Assembly: GCA_027923505.1 (NCBI GenBank)
Contig: BROI01000004.1
Location: 992,001-1,056,000, forward strand
DNA: 64,000 bases
From: Mayamaea pseudoterrestris
Taxonomy: Eukaryota
Reading direction: 5' to 3'
The translations under genes were made by a program, and so were the position numbers. Below, in pieces: positions 1-9,487 of this stretch (positions are counted from its first letter, which is position 1; every line of letters starts with the position of its first letter). The notes below the pieces were generated by a model. The model made no database searches and was not told the origin of the DNA. It saw nothing but the letters and a program-made list of their open reading frames with translations.

Positions 1-1548
1 CTCGATGATTGCGTCCAATTCTTCCTTGCGCGTTGCCTCATCAATAGGATACAATGGAAAGGAGGCTCCAGTTGTAAGAGTTTGGCGAACACGAAGCCAG
101 CGCGGGTGGCCGTGAAAGAGCGGATCGAGGAGCTCAATCGGGCGGAAATTGGAGCCAGGGCAAGTCGGCAAATCCTTGTTGGAGAAGAGCAAATGGCGCA
201 AGTCCATGTTATTGGCGGAAAGGACGGCCAAGTTATGGTTAGCAGCATCGTCCGTTAACTCAAAGCGAAAGAATGACGGAATCAAAGGAGGAGGCGACCA
301 TTGAAGAGCGCGTTGAAGGGATTGAAACCAAGACGACTCGACGGCTGGCCAAGGAGCTGGAGCGTAATCGAGGCCAGGATCCATTACTTCAAATGGAATG
401 GAGAGCTCATCGGTTGGTGTAGCGTCGAGGTGAAAGGCGATGGAGGATGGTGGGTTGGCGATGGTGATGGCGTCGTAAAGGGTAGGTTGCTCGACTGACG
501 GAGGGACAGACGGAGCTGTAGAAGAAGAAGGAGGAATTGAATCTGAAGATGGTTGGCAGTGGAGCGCTTGAAAAGTGTTCCAGAAGAGGGATGGAGGCTT
601 GGAAGAAGGACTGGATAAAGGATGCTCTGGCGACGCCAGAGGCAACTTACTCAAATCGTTGTCAATCTTGTCTTGACTCAAATGGAGAGACATTGGATGA
701 CGGTAATTGGAGCGTGAACGGGGAGGATCCCCTTCCGTTGGATCCAGTATGGGTTTCTCAGGTGGCGCTGATGGAGGAACGAGGCGTTCCCACAAAGGCG
801 TTCCTCGTGGCTTGAAAGACTGAAGTAACAAGGAGCCACGTGGCTGCGAAGAAGAAGGAGGAGAGCCTCCAAAGGGTAGAGGAGAGCCTCTGCGGCCAGT
901 TAGAGAGCCAACTGGATTTGGGAGTAAATTCCCGGAAGGAAGAGGAGAGCCTCTTGAACCAAGCAGAGAGCTACCTGGGGTTGGAGGAGAGCCTCCGGGG
1001 TTGAGCAGAGAGCCGCTCGATGGAGGAGAGCCTCCGGATCCAAGTGGAGAGCCACTTGGTAATGGAGGAGAGCCTCCTAGTTGATTTAAAATCGCTCCAC
1101 GTGGAAGACGGCGAGTTGGAACATAAAGAGGCTCCAAAGGCGCAGTGTCGCTCTCAGGGATTGGGGATCCCGTCATGACGCGAAAACTGGCTTTGGAGCG
1201 CCCTCCAGTGCTCCGTCTGCTATCTCCAGTGAAAGAAGAAACCTCCGCAGGACACGCGAGTGTTGTGTCGGTTGCCATTATAGATGTTAATGGCGAGTTG
1301 CGGGGACGGTTTGTAGTTGATGATGTGCTGCGCACCGATGTCGCTAGAGAAGTCGTTGCGGTTTCGAGTTGTTGGCGAAAGACTTGCAATTGATTATGAA
1401 GAGGCGCAAGATCGAGGTTTGTAGGAGTCACTAGCCTACTCGTAGCGTTTAAAGAAGCATTGGAACTGGACGCTACTAAGTTAGACGAGTCATAACTAGT
1501 AGGAGGTCCTCCAACGTGGATTCCCGCCGGCCACGTGGAGGAGGCGAC
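1..1548 (-). CDS. pol-like ORF, partial (S/P/G-rich linker then pre-RT region); not in the ORF track because it runs off the edge
   Basis: Manual translation of 1548->1 gives 516 codons with no stop, in the same frame as ORF 1549..2805. First in-frame ATG is at 1278. Confidence 0.8.
855..1080 (-). repeat. degenerate ~18-21-nt tandem array encoding GGSPP/GSLL units
   Basis: About 10 copies of (g)gagagcc/agagagc on the + strand; several are the full ggaggagagcctcc (e.g. 1022, 1064). Confidence 0.8.
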
Positions 1549-1551
1549 TCA
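1507..1551 (-). other. candidate stop-codon readthrough signal (UGA + 6-nt spacer + stem-loop)
   Basis: mRNA reads UGA GUCGCC UCCUCCACGUGG-(11-nt loop)-CCACGU(U)GGAGGA; 12-bp stem with one bulge. Confidence 0.55.
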
Positions 1552-2805
1552 GGCGCCGCCAGCTGCCTCCTTTTGAATCTTGACAAACGCCTTGAGCTCA
1601 ATCATCTTAGCTCCATTAAGGTTGACATGCGCGCGGTTGCACTTCTTGATCGTGCACTTGTTCAAGCAATAGAACTTGAGGCAGAGAGCGACCTGCTTGC
1701 CTTTGATGGAAACCTTGGGGACCTTGGTCCAGCAATCGGGCGGAAACACCACGTTGTAATCCTTGGAGATGGTCAAAGCAGGATCAGGATTTGGATTAGT
1801 TCCACCAGCTTTAGAAGCAAAAGAAGAAGAACCACCATTGCCGCCGCCATTGCCGCCGCCGCCGTTGCCGCCGCCATCGCCAGAATGATGGTGCTTGGGT
1901 GAAGGACCGTCGTTGCCGCCGCCATACTTGCGCTTGGATGGAAGACGAGAAACCAAACAATGAGGAATGGCTGTTTGAATACCAGCTTCAGAATCAATTG
2001 AATCCAGAAAATCGCCCAGTTTGTTGGCGTAACGGAGGGACAACGACGTGCTGTCTCGGCACGCCGTCATGTGACGGTTAATAAGCGCATCAATGGCGTT
2101 GCTCAAGTGAGCCAAGTAGTCTTGATCTGTTACCATAAAAGCCATGATTTGCTTAGTGCGCTGCTTGATCTCGTAGGCCAAGTAGCGAAGACGGTGACTA
2201 AAGTAGCAGGCGTTGTCGTCGTCCCCGTCATATCCGCCCAAAACGTCGAAGAGCATTGCCATATCATAGAGACTGGTGGAGAGCGCATCAACGGAGGAAG
2301 GAAAATCAAGCTTGAGGGTACAGGCCTTCTTGTATGTATCATCGCTGATGTTGGTGTCAGCAAGTTTCATGTCGAGAATCATGCTTTCGTCCGTGTTGTA
2401 AATCTCCGCAGTCGCGGCAAAAGCCATTACCGAGACTCGCACGCCTTCACCACGAATCTTGCTTGTAAAGTCGCCAAGGTGAATATGCATCGCCAATGAT
2501 TTGGGAATGCTGTAAGTGGAGCCGCGGCTGTCGAAAGCAGCCTGCAGGATCTTGTGCGCCATATCCTTCTTGTCGCCGTAAAGCTTGAGCATGAACCGTG
2601 ATGGCTGCGAGGGAACGTTTCCATCATTATCAGTCGCCAAACGGAGAAGCATCCGTTGAGTTTCCTCCAAGAGCTTGTGAAAACCCACGCGTGAAGTCTC
2701 CTCCGAGTGCTTGTGAAGTGCTTCGATAAAGGCCTTGCTTTGCTCAGACGAATGAGCCGACGTCGTTTGAATCGTCTGCAAAAGCTCCTGGAGTACATTC
2801 GTCAT
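1549..2805 (-). CDS. Gag-like protein, C-terminal part, with Gly-rich linker and CCCH zinc knuckle
   Basis: C-terminal CLKFYCLNKCTIKKCNRAH preceded by GGGN repeats; directly upstream of the pol-like ORF. Confidence 0.65.
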   Translation of the reverse strand: MTNVLQELLQTIQTTSAHSSEQSKAFIEALHKHSEETSRVGFHKLLEETQRMLLRLATDNDGNVPSQPSRFMLKLYGDKKDMAHKILQAAFDSRGSTYSIPKSLAMHIHLGDFTSKIRGEGVRVSVMAFAATAEIYNTDESMILDMKLADTNISDDTYKKACTLKLDFPSSVDALSTSLYDMAMLFDVLGGYDGDDDNACYFSHRLRYLAYEIKQRTKQIMAFMVTDQDYLAHLSNAIDALINRHMTACRDSTSLSLRYANKLGDFLDSIDSEAGIQTAIPHCLVSRLPSKRKYGGGNDGPSPKHHHSGDGGGNGGGGNGGGNGGSSSFASKAGGTNPNPDPALTISKDYNVVFPPDCWTKVPKVSIKGKQVALCLKFYCLNKCTIKKCNRAHVNLNGAKMIELKAFVKIQKEAAGGA

Positions 2806-3695
2806 AAGCGGGGGAACCCCGTCGGGAGTGGGACTGCCGGACGGCGTGGAAACTGTAGGAGACGAGGACGGCGGCGATACTGTCGTACTGAGCTGGGTAG
2901 GGTTAACTCTTGACTGATGATCGACTCAAAATCCATGAGCGTTTCCTTGGGAACGTCTTCCTTGACCAAGACGACTGGAACGTCTGGAAAGGATTGAATA
3001 AACTTCTGAACGGCAGAAGACGCTGGATCTCCTGTGGTCGCGAGGATCCAAAGGAATTGGACGAGCTGGAAGCTGGCCGCCTTGATATCTTGACAGGGGA
3101 TATTGCTTCCGTATTGAACGTCCCAAGTACTCAAGGCGCGCATGATGCTAAAGAGCATGTCCTTGATGTTTCGTCCTGGCGCAAACTTGTCAATAATCGC
3201 AAAGGCAAAGGGAGGAATTGGAATCAACGCTGACATTTTCAAGAACGTTTTGTCGTCCGCTTGCAATCCAAGGATCTTGGAGACATCCTCCGCCTCCAGA
3301 ACGTCGTCGTCGAATAGAGACTCAAAGGTAGGCGTATTGATGGGATCGCCAGGATCAGTAATCATCCGAAGGCAGCTTGCGTTGAGCTCCGATACCAAGA
3401 GCGAGTCGGAGCTCCCCTGCAACATGAAAACGCTCGACGCCGCGCTTGGATCGCCTTGATACTGAAGAGGAATGAGCAGGTGATGGTAAAGATGAACGTT
3501 GACTCGTCCTCCAGTTACTCCCGCTAGTAACCAAGGAGAGAAAGGCGTATCGCTCAACGTCTGCAAACGCTCCGGAATGGATCCATTTGAAAAGATCTTG
3601 GCATTGAACGAGAGACGCTGGTAGCATTTCGGCGTAAAGATGCGCTCACGGCGATCAGGCGAATAGAAGCTGTTCCAAGTATTGAAGGATGACAT
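2802..3695 (-). CDS. Gag-like protein, N-terminal part (probably one ORF with 1549..2805, split by a frameshift near 2890-2925)
   Basis: 297-aa ORF overlapping the next ORF by ATGA; the downstream frame is already open from ~2925 and reads as an S/T/P linker. Confidence 0.55.
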   Translation of the reverse strand: MSSFNTWNSFYSPDRRERIFTPKCYQRLSFNAKIFSNGSIPERLQTLSDTPFSPWLLAGVTGGRVNVHLYHHLLIPLQYQGDPSAASSVFMLQGSSDSLLVSELNASCLRMITDPGDPINTPTFESLFDDDVLEAEDVSKILGLQADDKTFLKMSALIPIPPFAFAIIDKFAPGRNIKDMLFSIMRALSTWDVQYGSNIPCQDIKAASFQLVQFLWILATTGDPASSAVQKFIQSFPDVPVVLVKEDVPKETLMDFESIISQELTLPSSVRQYRRRPRLLQFPRRPAVPLPTGFPRL

Positions 3696-3965
3696 TATCT
3701 TGATTAGTAAAGAAACTTTAATCTATCTTACAGTCCTCGAACAAGAGCTTCGAGGCAAACAGACCAAAAGAATGACAAGCAAGCAAAGATTGCGAAGCAA
3801 TCCTTGGAGAGGACCCATGACCTCGAGGAGAATCAAAGGAAAGAGCTAATAAATCTAGTCGCTGAAAATGACCGGCGATGGAAGCACTTGTGATCGCTTC
3901 TTCCTGTCGAACACACTGCAACGACTTCCTAATGCGCCAATGTCTGTCGATCAAAATGAAAGTAA

Positions 3966-4790
3966 ATGAAGCCTGGCGAGTATTTTCTCAATTGCATGTT
4001 TCAAGCGGAAGCACACTTGATGCAAACGTCTCCTCACAGCGAATGGAAGATTGGCATTGAAAGAATGCGTCAAAAGCTGCTGCAGCAATCACAATCTAGT
4101 CATCAAAGTGCCAATTGCGTTGACGACGAGATTATGCGGGAGCTTGATCGCGAGCTGGTGACTAGTTATCATGATTCGCTGGAAACCAACAAATTGACTG
4201 TCAAGGAACTGGAGCGAGAGGAGAAACGACTGCATCGTTTAAAATACCAACTGCAGGAACTCACAGAGCTCAAGGAGCAGCTGGAAGCGGCGCGTGTCGA
4301 GCAGGAGGAAGCAAAGTTCAAAGAGCCCCTCATTGACGATCCAAACGCGCATGCTATCGAACACGAACAACTCCGAAATGAGCTGATTCACATCTGCAGT
4401 GTCATTGACAAGCACCAGCTCAATCCTCCACCTCCAGCTCCAACATTCAACGAACGGTTGCTGCGACAACATCTCGACTCTCCCGAGCATGATGCATTTT
4501 CGCCTAGCATTGTGCCGTTCCACGAGTTGGTATTGGAGTTGATTCATCGAGTAACGACTCACGACAAGGAGGAGGATCAGTATCTGCAGGTTCGTTTACT
4601 GCCGGTAGACATTGATGGCTCGAGCAACCTGGCGAATGATTCTGCCGATTCTAATGCAAATAGTGACATTACCGATGGACCTTGGCATCATCCGCGCCAC
4701 GTTGAATTTCTTCTCGACTTATGCATGGCGGAAGCTTTTGAGGACAATGCAAGTTTGGTGCGACTGCTGCCCGAGTATCGAGACTTGTGA
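3966..4790 (+). CDS. coiled-coil protein, CENP-K-like kinetochore subunit
   Basis: N-terminal coiled coil. C-terminal FHELVLELIHRV..DQYL...PRHVEFLL...A..DNASLVRL resembles the CENP-K C-terminal motif. Confidence 0.5.
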   Translation: MKPGEYFLNCMFQAEAHLMQTSPHSEWKIGIERMRQKLLQQSQSSHQSANCVDDEIMRELDRELVTSYHDSLETNKLTVKELEREEKRLHRLKYQLQELTELKEQLEAARVEQEEAKFKEPLIDDPNAHAIEHEQLRNELIHICSVIDKHQLNPPPPAPTFNERLLRQHLDSPEHDAFSPSIVPFHELVLELIHRVTTHDKEEDQYLQVRLLPVDIDGSSNLANDSADSNANSDITDGPWHHPRHVEFLLDLCMAEAFEDNASLVRLLPEYRDL

Positions 4791-4918
4791 GTGGAATGCG
4801 AGGTGCTGTAAAAAACTTATTGTGCTTTGGTGCGGCTAAATATTCAGAGACCACTATACTCTCATCAAAAAGGTTATGAGTAGAACATAATTCGAATGCC
4901 CATACATCATTCTTATTC

Positions 4919-7822
4919 TTAATCCCACGCCATTGGTACGATTTGAGCTTCGCGCTCTGCGGATTCGATTGACGCAAACCTCATCTCATCCAACTGCGCA
5001 ACGCTCAATGTTTGCGACAAGCGTCTACGAGTATCCTCCAGCAGTTCACTCAGCTCTGCCACTCGATGTCCCTGTGCTAGCAGACAATCGTACTCGCGTC
5101 CAGGAACGACGCTCGTCAATAGCGCAGGATCACTCATTTCTTCCGCTTGCTCCAAAAGTCCCAGCTTCTCGAGTTTACGTTTCTCAGCTCGTTTTCGACG
5201 ATGGTGAATGTAGTTGATGCACTCGCTACACATGAAATCAGTGTCCGGCTCCTGTACAATGTAGCGGGAGAGCATACATTCCCAATGGACACTGCGAGCG
5301 CAAAATTGACATTCCATCAAGGGAGCAACTTCGGCGTTGTACTTACAAAGATAGCAACTCGTATGGTGTTCTTGATCTGGCTTATTGCGCTTCATGCTTG
5401 GGTATCTTCCTGCGTCGACTTCCACGGCGAGTACGCCAGTGTCAATTGAAAGCAAACGATGATTGTGGGGCGCTTGGATTGCCTTGAGAGACCCGGCTGG
5501 CTTTGCCTTAGACACTCGTAGAAACTCATCATATCCAGTCTTTGCAGGGACATTCGATGTCTCACGGACGCTGTCTGCTTCCTTTTTACGACCTCTCTTG
5601 CGCCGCTTTACTTTCTCTTTCTTAAATTTGAGTGACTTGAAAACACATTCATATATGGACCCAAGCTGCTTTGCTTGTTCGAACATCAGCTGCTTCTCCA
5701 AATCAGCCAAAACAAGCCTCGGGTTCATTGCTTCTTCCGGTGTCGGCTTCCGCAAATTTGATTTTGGACGTCTTGCCCCTACAGGTGGTACATCACTTGA
5801 GAGAACTACAGTAGCCATCACATCATCATCTGCATCTTCATCGACATCTGTGATTTGCTCGGTTTTGCGAGGCTTGGTGCGTTTTTTGAACGCGCTAATA
5901 GTGCTCTGCTTGACCGGTACAGCTGAGCGCGCCAAAAAGCGAAAGCCCAAGGCCATATATACTTGCGGATATACCGATACATTGGTGATCAACTTCTCCT
6001 TCTTGCGTGTAAAAATTCGCGTTGGCGCAGGTGCGTCACGCAGCATTGAACCGAAAGCGCGCATCTTAGGAAAAGCTAATGCTTGCTTGGCTGTTCGATG
6101 ACCAACCGAACCGGACTCCTCGTCAGAATCAGTGCACATTTGCGAATCGACAAGAGACTCCATGGTATGCTTAAATGATTCCGCGGCATTCCTAGATTTA
6201 ATTATGCACACTTCCGACTGCAAATGATACTTAGCTCCAGGTTTAGAGGCAAACTCTTGACCGCAATGATGGCAGCAAAACAAAGATTGATGCTCATTGA
6301 ATGGAGTGTTTAGCAAACGCCGCTGCAGAAACATTTTGCATCCAACGTTTCCCGACGGATGCACGTGGATTGGATCCTCGTCATCGTCGCCATGAAAACG
6401 AGTGCGATTGTCTGGAATGACGACGCACTCGACAATGCGATCTGGGAAGCTGCCCTCCGGCTCTGAAGGATTTGGTGGACGTGAAGGAGCAACCATCGCC
6501 GATGGGTAATCACCACTATTTTTGAAAATCATCGGATGTTTTACTCCAATGCTGGTCTCGAACACAGATTCCTGAGTCACTTCTCGAGCTGTGTACAATT
6601 CTGTCAACTTCGCTCGCTTTGCCAAATGCTGGATCGTATTCGCTAACTTTAAATTCTGCAAACGCTTTTCATACTGGGCTCGAGCATTCGAAAATTTCTT
6701 GGACTCCTGCTTGTAGTCTTTGCTGTAGACAGCAGTCGGAACAGCTCGATTGTCAGCCACCACCTTGACAACTCCGTACTTGGTGACAAATAAGAGACCA
6801 GGCTGCAGGGTTGAAAGGGGAATATTGTTGGCGTTGCTTGCAGCTTTGCGCGCAGTAGATGTGCACACGTTCTTTTCGACATGATACTTGCACCCCAGCG
6901 TGCTTGTAAAGACTCGCTTGCACTTTGGACATGTGCGAGAACTTAGATTGCCGCGAATTCTTCTATAGTCCGATTTGCTGCTGCTGTCATTGCTAGCAAG
7001 TTCGGACGCCTTGCGCTTGCCCTTGCGAACAGGCCCACCTGGTCGCAGCTCTTGGCGACAAACAAAATTGTTAACGTGATATAGATATCCAGTGGCAACC
7101 TTGAAGGATTTGGAGCAATGGGGACATTTCAAATCGTCTGGGAGATTAATCTGTGACGAAACTTTGGCGGGGGCACGTCTGCGCTTGCCCGTGGACGGGA
7201 GCGAATCAGAAGCGTCGTCTCCATCGGCGTCATCAGTATTGCTCGCCCCATCTACCTCCTTCTCGTTTAATCTATCTTCGTCGTCATCGTCATCATCTCC
7301 AGCCTCGTTATCACTAATGGAATCACTTGTTTCATCCTCGCGATATGTCCTGACAATTTTGGTTCGCTTCCTAACCACCGCACGAGCACGAGTCTTGCGC
7401 GCGGGTCGCTTACGATTGTTTTCGTCGTGACTTTCTTCGTCGCTGGAGCTCTCATTGTCTAGATCTCCCGCTTGTTGCTCGTCATTGCTCTCTCCGTCCC
7501 TGTCCTCATCGTCGCTTTCTAGTTGCTGCTTTGCAGGAACCTTTCGTTGCTTTGTCAAGGACGCTGCTTTTGGTTTCAATTCGGCCCGACAAACAAAATT
7601 GGAAACATGATAGTTAAGACCATGCTCCTGCTTGAACGTTTTGCTACAGTGCGGACAAGCAAACGCAACGTTGGCAGATGGAGCTGCGGCGCCAGAAACG
7701 TGTGAATTATCATCATCATCGGTATCCTCATGGCTGCTTGCTGCTGCAGCTCCTCCTCGACGAGGGCGGTTAGAAGAGCTAGTTAAAAGCTCATAGTTGT
7801 TGCTTTGTCTCCTACGAGGCAT
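4919..7822 (-). CDS. nuclear protein with four C2HC/C2H2-like zinc fingers and a C-terminal PHD finger
   Basis: Four CxxC-x12-H-x5-C units (e.g. CPHCSKTFKQEHGLNYHVSNFVC); PHD CYLC..CQFC..HWEC..CSEC; basic NLS-like tracts. Confidence 0.8.
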   Translation of the reverse strand: MPRRRQSNNYELLTSSSNRPRRGGAAAASSHEDTDDDDNSHVSGAAAPSANVAFACPHCSKTFKQEHGLNYHVSNFVCRAELKPKAASLTKQRKVPAKQQLESDDEDRDGESNDEQQAGDLDNESSSDEESHDENNRKRPARKTRARAVVRKRTKIVRTYREDETSDSISDNEAGDDDDDDEDRLNEKEVDGASNTDDADGDDASDSLPSTGKRRRAPAKVSSQINLPDDLKCPHCSKSFKVATGYLYHVNNFVCRQELRPGGPVRKGKRKASELASNDSSSKSDYRRIRGNLSSRTCPKCKRVFTSTLGCKYHVEKNVCTSTARKAASNANNIPLSTLQPGLLFVTKYGVVKVVADNRAVPTAVYSKDYKQESKKFSNARAQYEKRLQNLKLANTIQHLAKRAKLTELYTAREVTQESVFETSIGVKHPMIFKNSGDYPSAMVAPSRPPNPSEPEGSFPDRIVECVVIPDNRTRFHGDDDEDPIHVHPSGNVGCKMFLQRRLLNTPFNEHQSLFCCHHCGQEFASKPGAKYHLQSEVCIIKSRNAAESFKHTMESLVDSQMCTDSDEESGSVGHRTAKQALAFPKMRAFGSMLRDAPAPTRIFTRKKEKLITNVSVYPQVYMALGFRFLARSAVPVKQSTISAFKKRTKPRKTEQITDVDEDADDDVMATVVLSSDVPPVGARRPKSNLRKPTPEEAMNPRLVLADLEKQLMFEQAKQLGSIYECVFKSLKFKKEKVKRRKRGRKKEADSVRETSNVPAKTGYDEFLRVSKAKPAGSLKAIQAPHNHRLLSIDTGVLAVEVDAGRYPSMKRNKPDQEHHTSCYLCKYNAEVAPLMECQFCARSVHWECMLSRYIVQEPDTDFMCSECINYIHHRRKRAEKRKLEKLGLLEQAEEMSDPALLTSVVPGREYDCLLAQGHRVAELSELLEDTRRRLSQTLSVAQLDEMRFASIESAEREAQIVPMAWD

Positions 7823-8142
7823 GCTGTTACAGAAATGCTTAAAGTACGGACGTTGCTTGAGTTTTTGCGGCCATGGTCGCGAGCGTTCGCGAGCCTAGAT
7901 GAGAACCGGTGCGATGGGTCTTGCATTCATGTCGCAGACGTGACGTTCAGTCCCGGTTGAAGCTTCGATGATCCACAACTTTTGCACGTTTTTCTCCTCC
8001 TTCACTTGGACCATCGCGACGACGTTTCTCTTGTCCTCTCCAGTTGCTTCGTATTTGGGAATAGAATCACTCATAGCTTACGTGGACGGTTTGCTGATCC
8101 GATCCAATTTTATTCTCATAGTTTCCGTCTTGCAATCGCAGT

Positions 8143-9386
8143 ATGAGATTCTTCCTTGCCGCCATTGCCGTGGCATCAACATCATGCTCGGCCTTTGCGC
8201 CCCGATCTCGATTTGGCATTCGAGGAGGAGAACTGTAAGTGCAAGTAAATAGCAGCGAGTAAGACGTCTGGATAGATACCTTGTATTTTATTTGATACAG
8301 TCTGTCTCACAATCCTTTCGCATTTACCCTGACAGTTTCTCCACCACGGAAGCCAAGACGGAAGCTTCGACGGACAAGCCACCCGTACACCTTGGATGGA
8401 CCGTCGACAAGATTGACTCGGTTCCCGAAACACTCGTCAAACCAGGTGATGGCCCCGAGGGAAACTATCCCATGCGCAGCAAGATGGAAAAGATGCTTCG
8501 CCAGGGGCAAATCGCCATTACCAAGGCCATTCAGGAGATTGATGGAGGGGCAGAGTTCCAGGAGGATTGCTGGACACGCCCATCGGGTGGCGGTGGCATG
8601 TCGCGCGTCCTCAAGGACGGCAAGGTTTGGGAAAAGGCTGGTGTCAACTTGTCGGTTGTATATGGAAGCATGCCTCCCGAAGCGTTGCAGGCAGCGACGG
8701 AGCGAGGCGTGAATCGCGCCAAGGGCATGGCACCAGGCGAAAAGGTTCCATTCTTTGCGTGCGGCCTATCTTGCGTCATGCATCCCAAGAATCCATTCTG
8801 CCCGACAATGCATTTTAACTACCGCTACTTTGAGACGGATGGTGGCGTTTGGTGGTTTGGAGGAGGAACTGATATTACGCCAGCCTATGTCAATGAAGAA
8901 GACATGAAGCATTTTCATGGAACATACAAGGAAGTTTGTGACAAGCACGATTCCAAATTCTACCCAGAGTTCAAGGCCTGGGCCGATCGCTACTTCGCCA
9001 TTACGCACCGCAACGAGACTCGTGGACTTGGTGGAATCTTTTTTGACGATTTGAACGACCGTGATCCGGAAAAGATCTTTGCCTTTGCCGAAGAGGCATT
9101 GAATTCGGTCGTTCCAGCATATGGTCCAATTATTCAAAAGCACATGAATGACCCATTCACTGAGCAGCAGAAGCAATGGCAATTGATGCGACGGGGTCGC
9201 TACGTAGAATTCAACCTAGTCTACGACCGAGGAACCATTTTTGGACTCAAGACTGGCGGCCGCATCGAATCCATTCTAATGAGCTTGCCGGAAACGGCCC
9301 GATGGGAGTACGACTTTCACCCAGAACCAGGTTCACCGGAAGCCGACTTGATTGATGCATGCAGGCACCCTCGCGAATGGGTATAG
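8143..9386 (+). CDS. hemF: oxygen-dependent coproporphyrinogen III oxidase, plastid-targeted; exons 8143-8234 and 8336-9386
   Basis: Motifs [51 protein letters not shown]. Upstream exon [20 protein letters not shown] splices in frame via GTAAGT...CAG (8235-8335). Confidence 0.95.
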
Positions 9387-9487
9387 ATTCATTTAACACC
9401 TTTACAGAAGTTGTATAAAACATTCTTATACTGTAAGCATGTTTACTAGCTAATTCTATGGCACAATCTATGTCTATATCAATTTTT

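Larger units (their letters stand above)
1..3720 (-). mobile_element. 5' half of a probable tyrosine-recombinase (DIRS/Ngaro-like) retrotransposon; continues off the left edge
   Basis: Gag-like ORF(s) ending in a CCCH knuckle, followed by a pol-like ORF whose motifs (FRFELTDDAANHN, PGSNFRPIELL, HPRW, GASFPL, EATRKEEL) resemble the pre-RT region I recall from stramenopile YR elements. RT/YR domains would lie outside the window. The 5' boundary is approximate. Confidence 0.65.

Noticed and set aside
855..1080. Repeat array as a CRISPR
   Set aside because: Units are short and degenerate with no unique 25-40-nt spacers; the array is in-frame coding, in a eukaryotic context with no cas genes.
2925..2935. 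G_GAU_UUU slippery heptamer in gag
   Set aside because: A -1 shift there meets TGA immediately, so it cannot join the two gag ORFs.
7941..7946. TGACGT (aureochrome/bZIP-type site) upstream of CPOX; TGACGC and CCAAT upstream of sigma
   Set aside because: Hexamers are too frequent to support from sequence alone.
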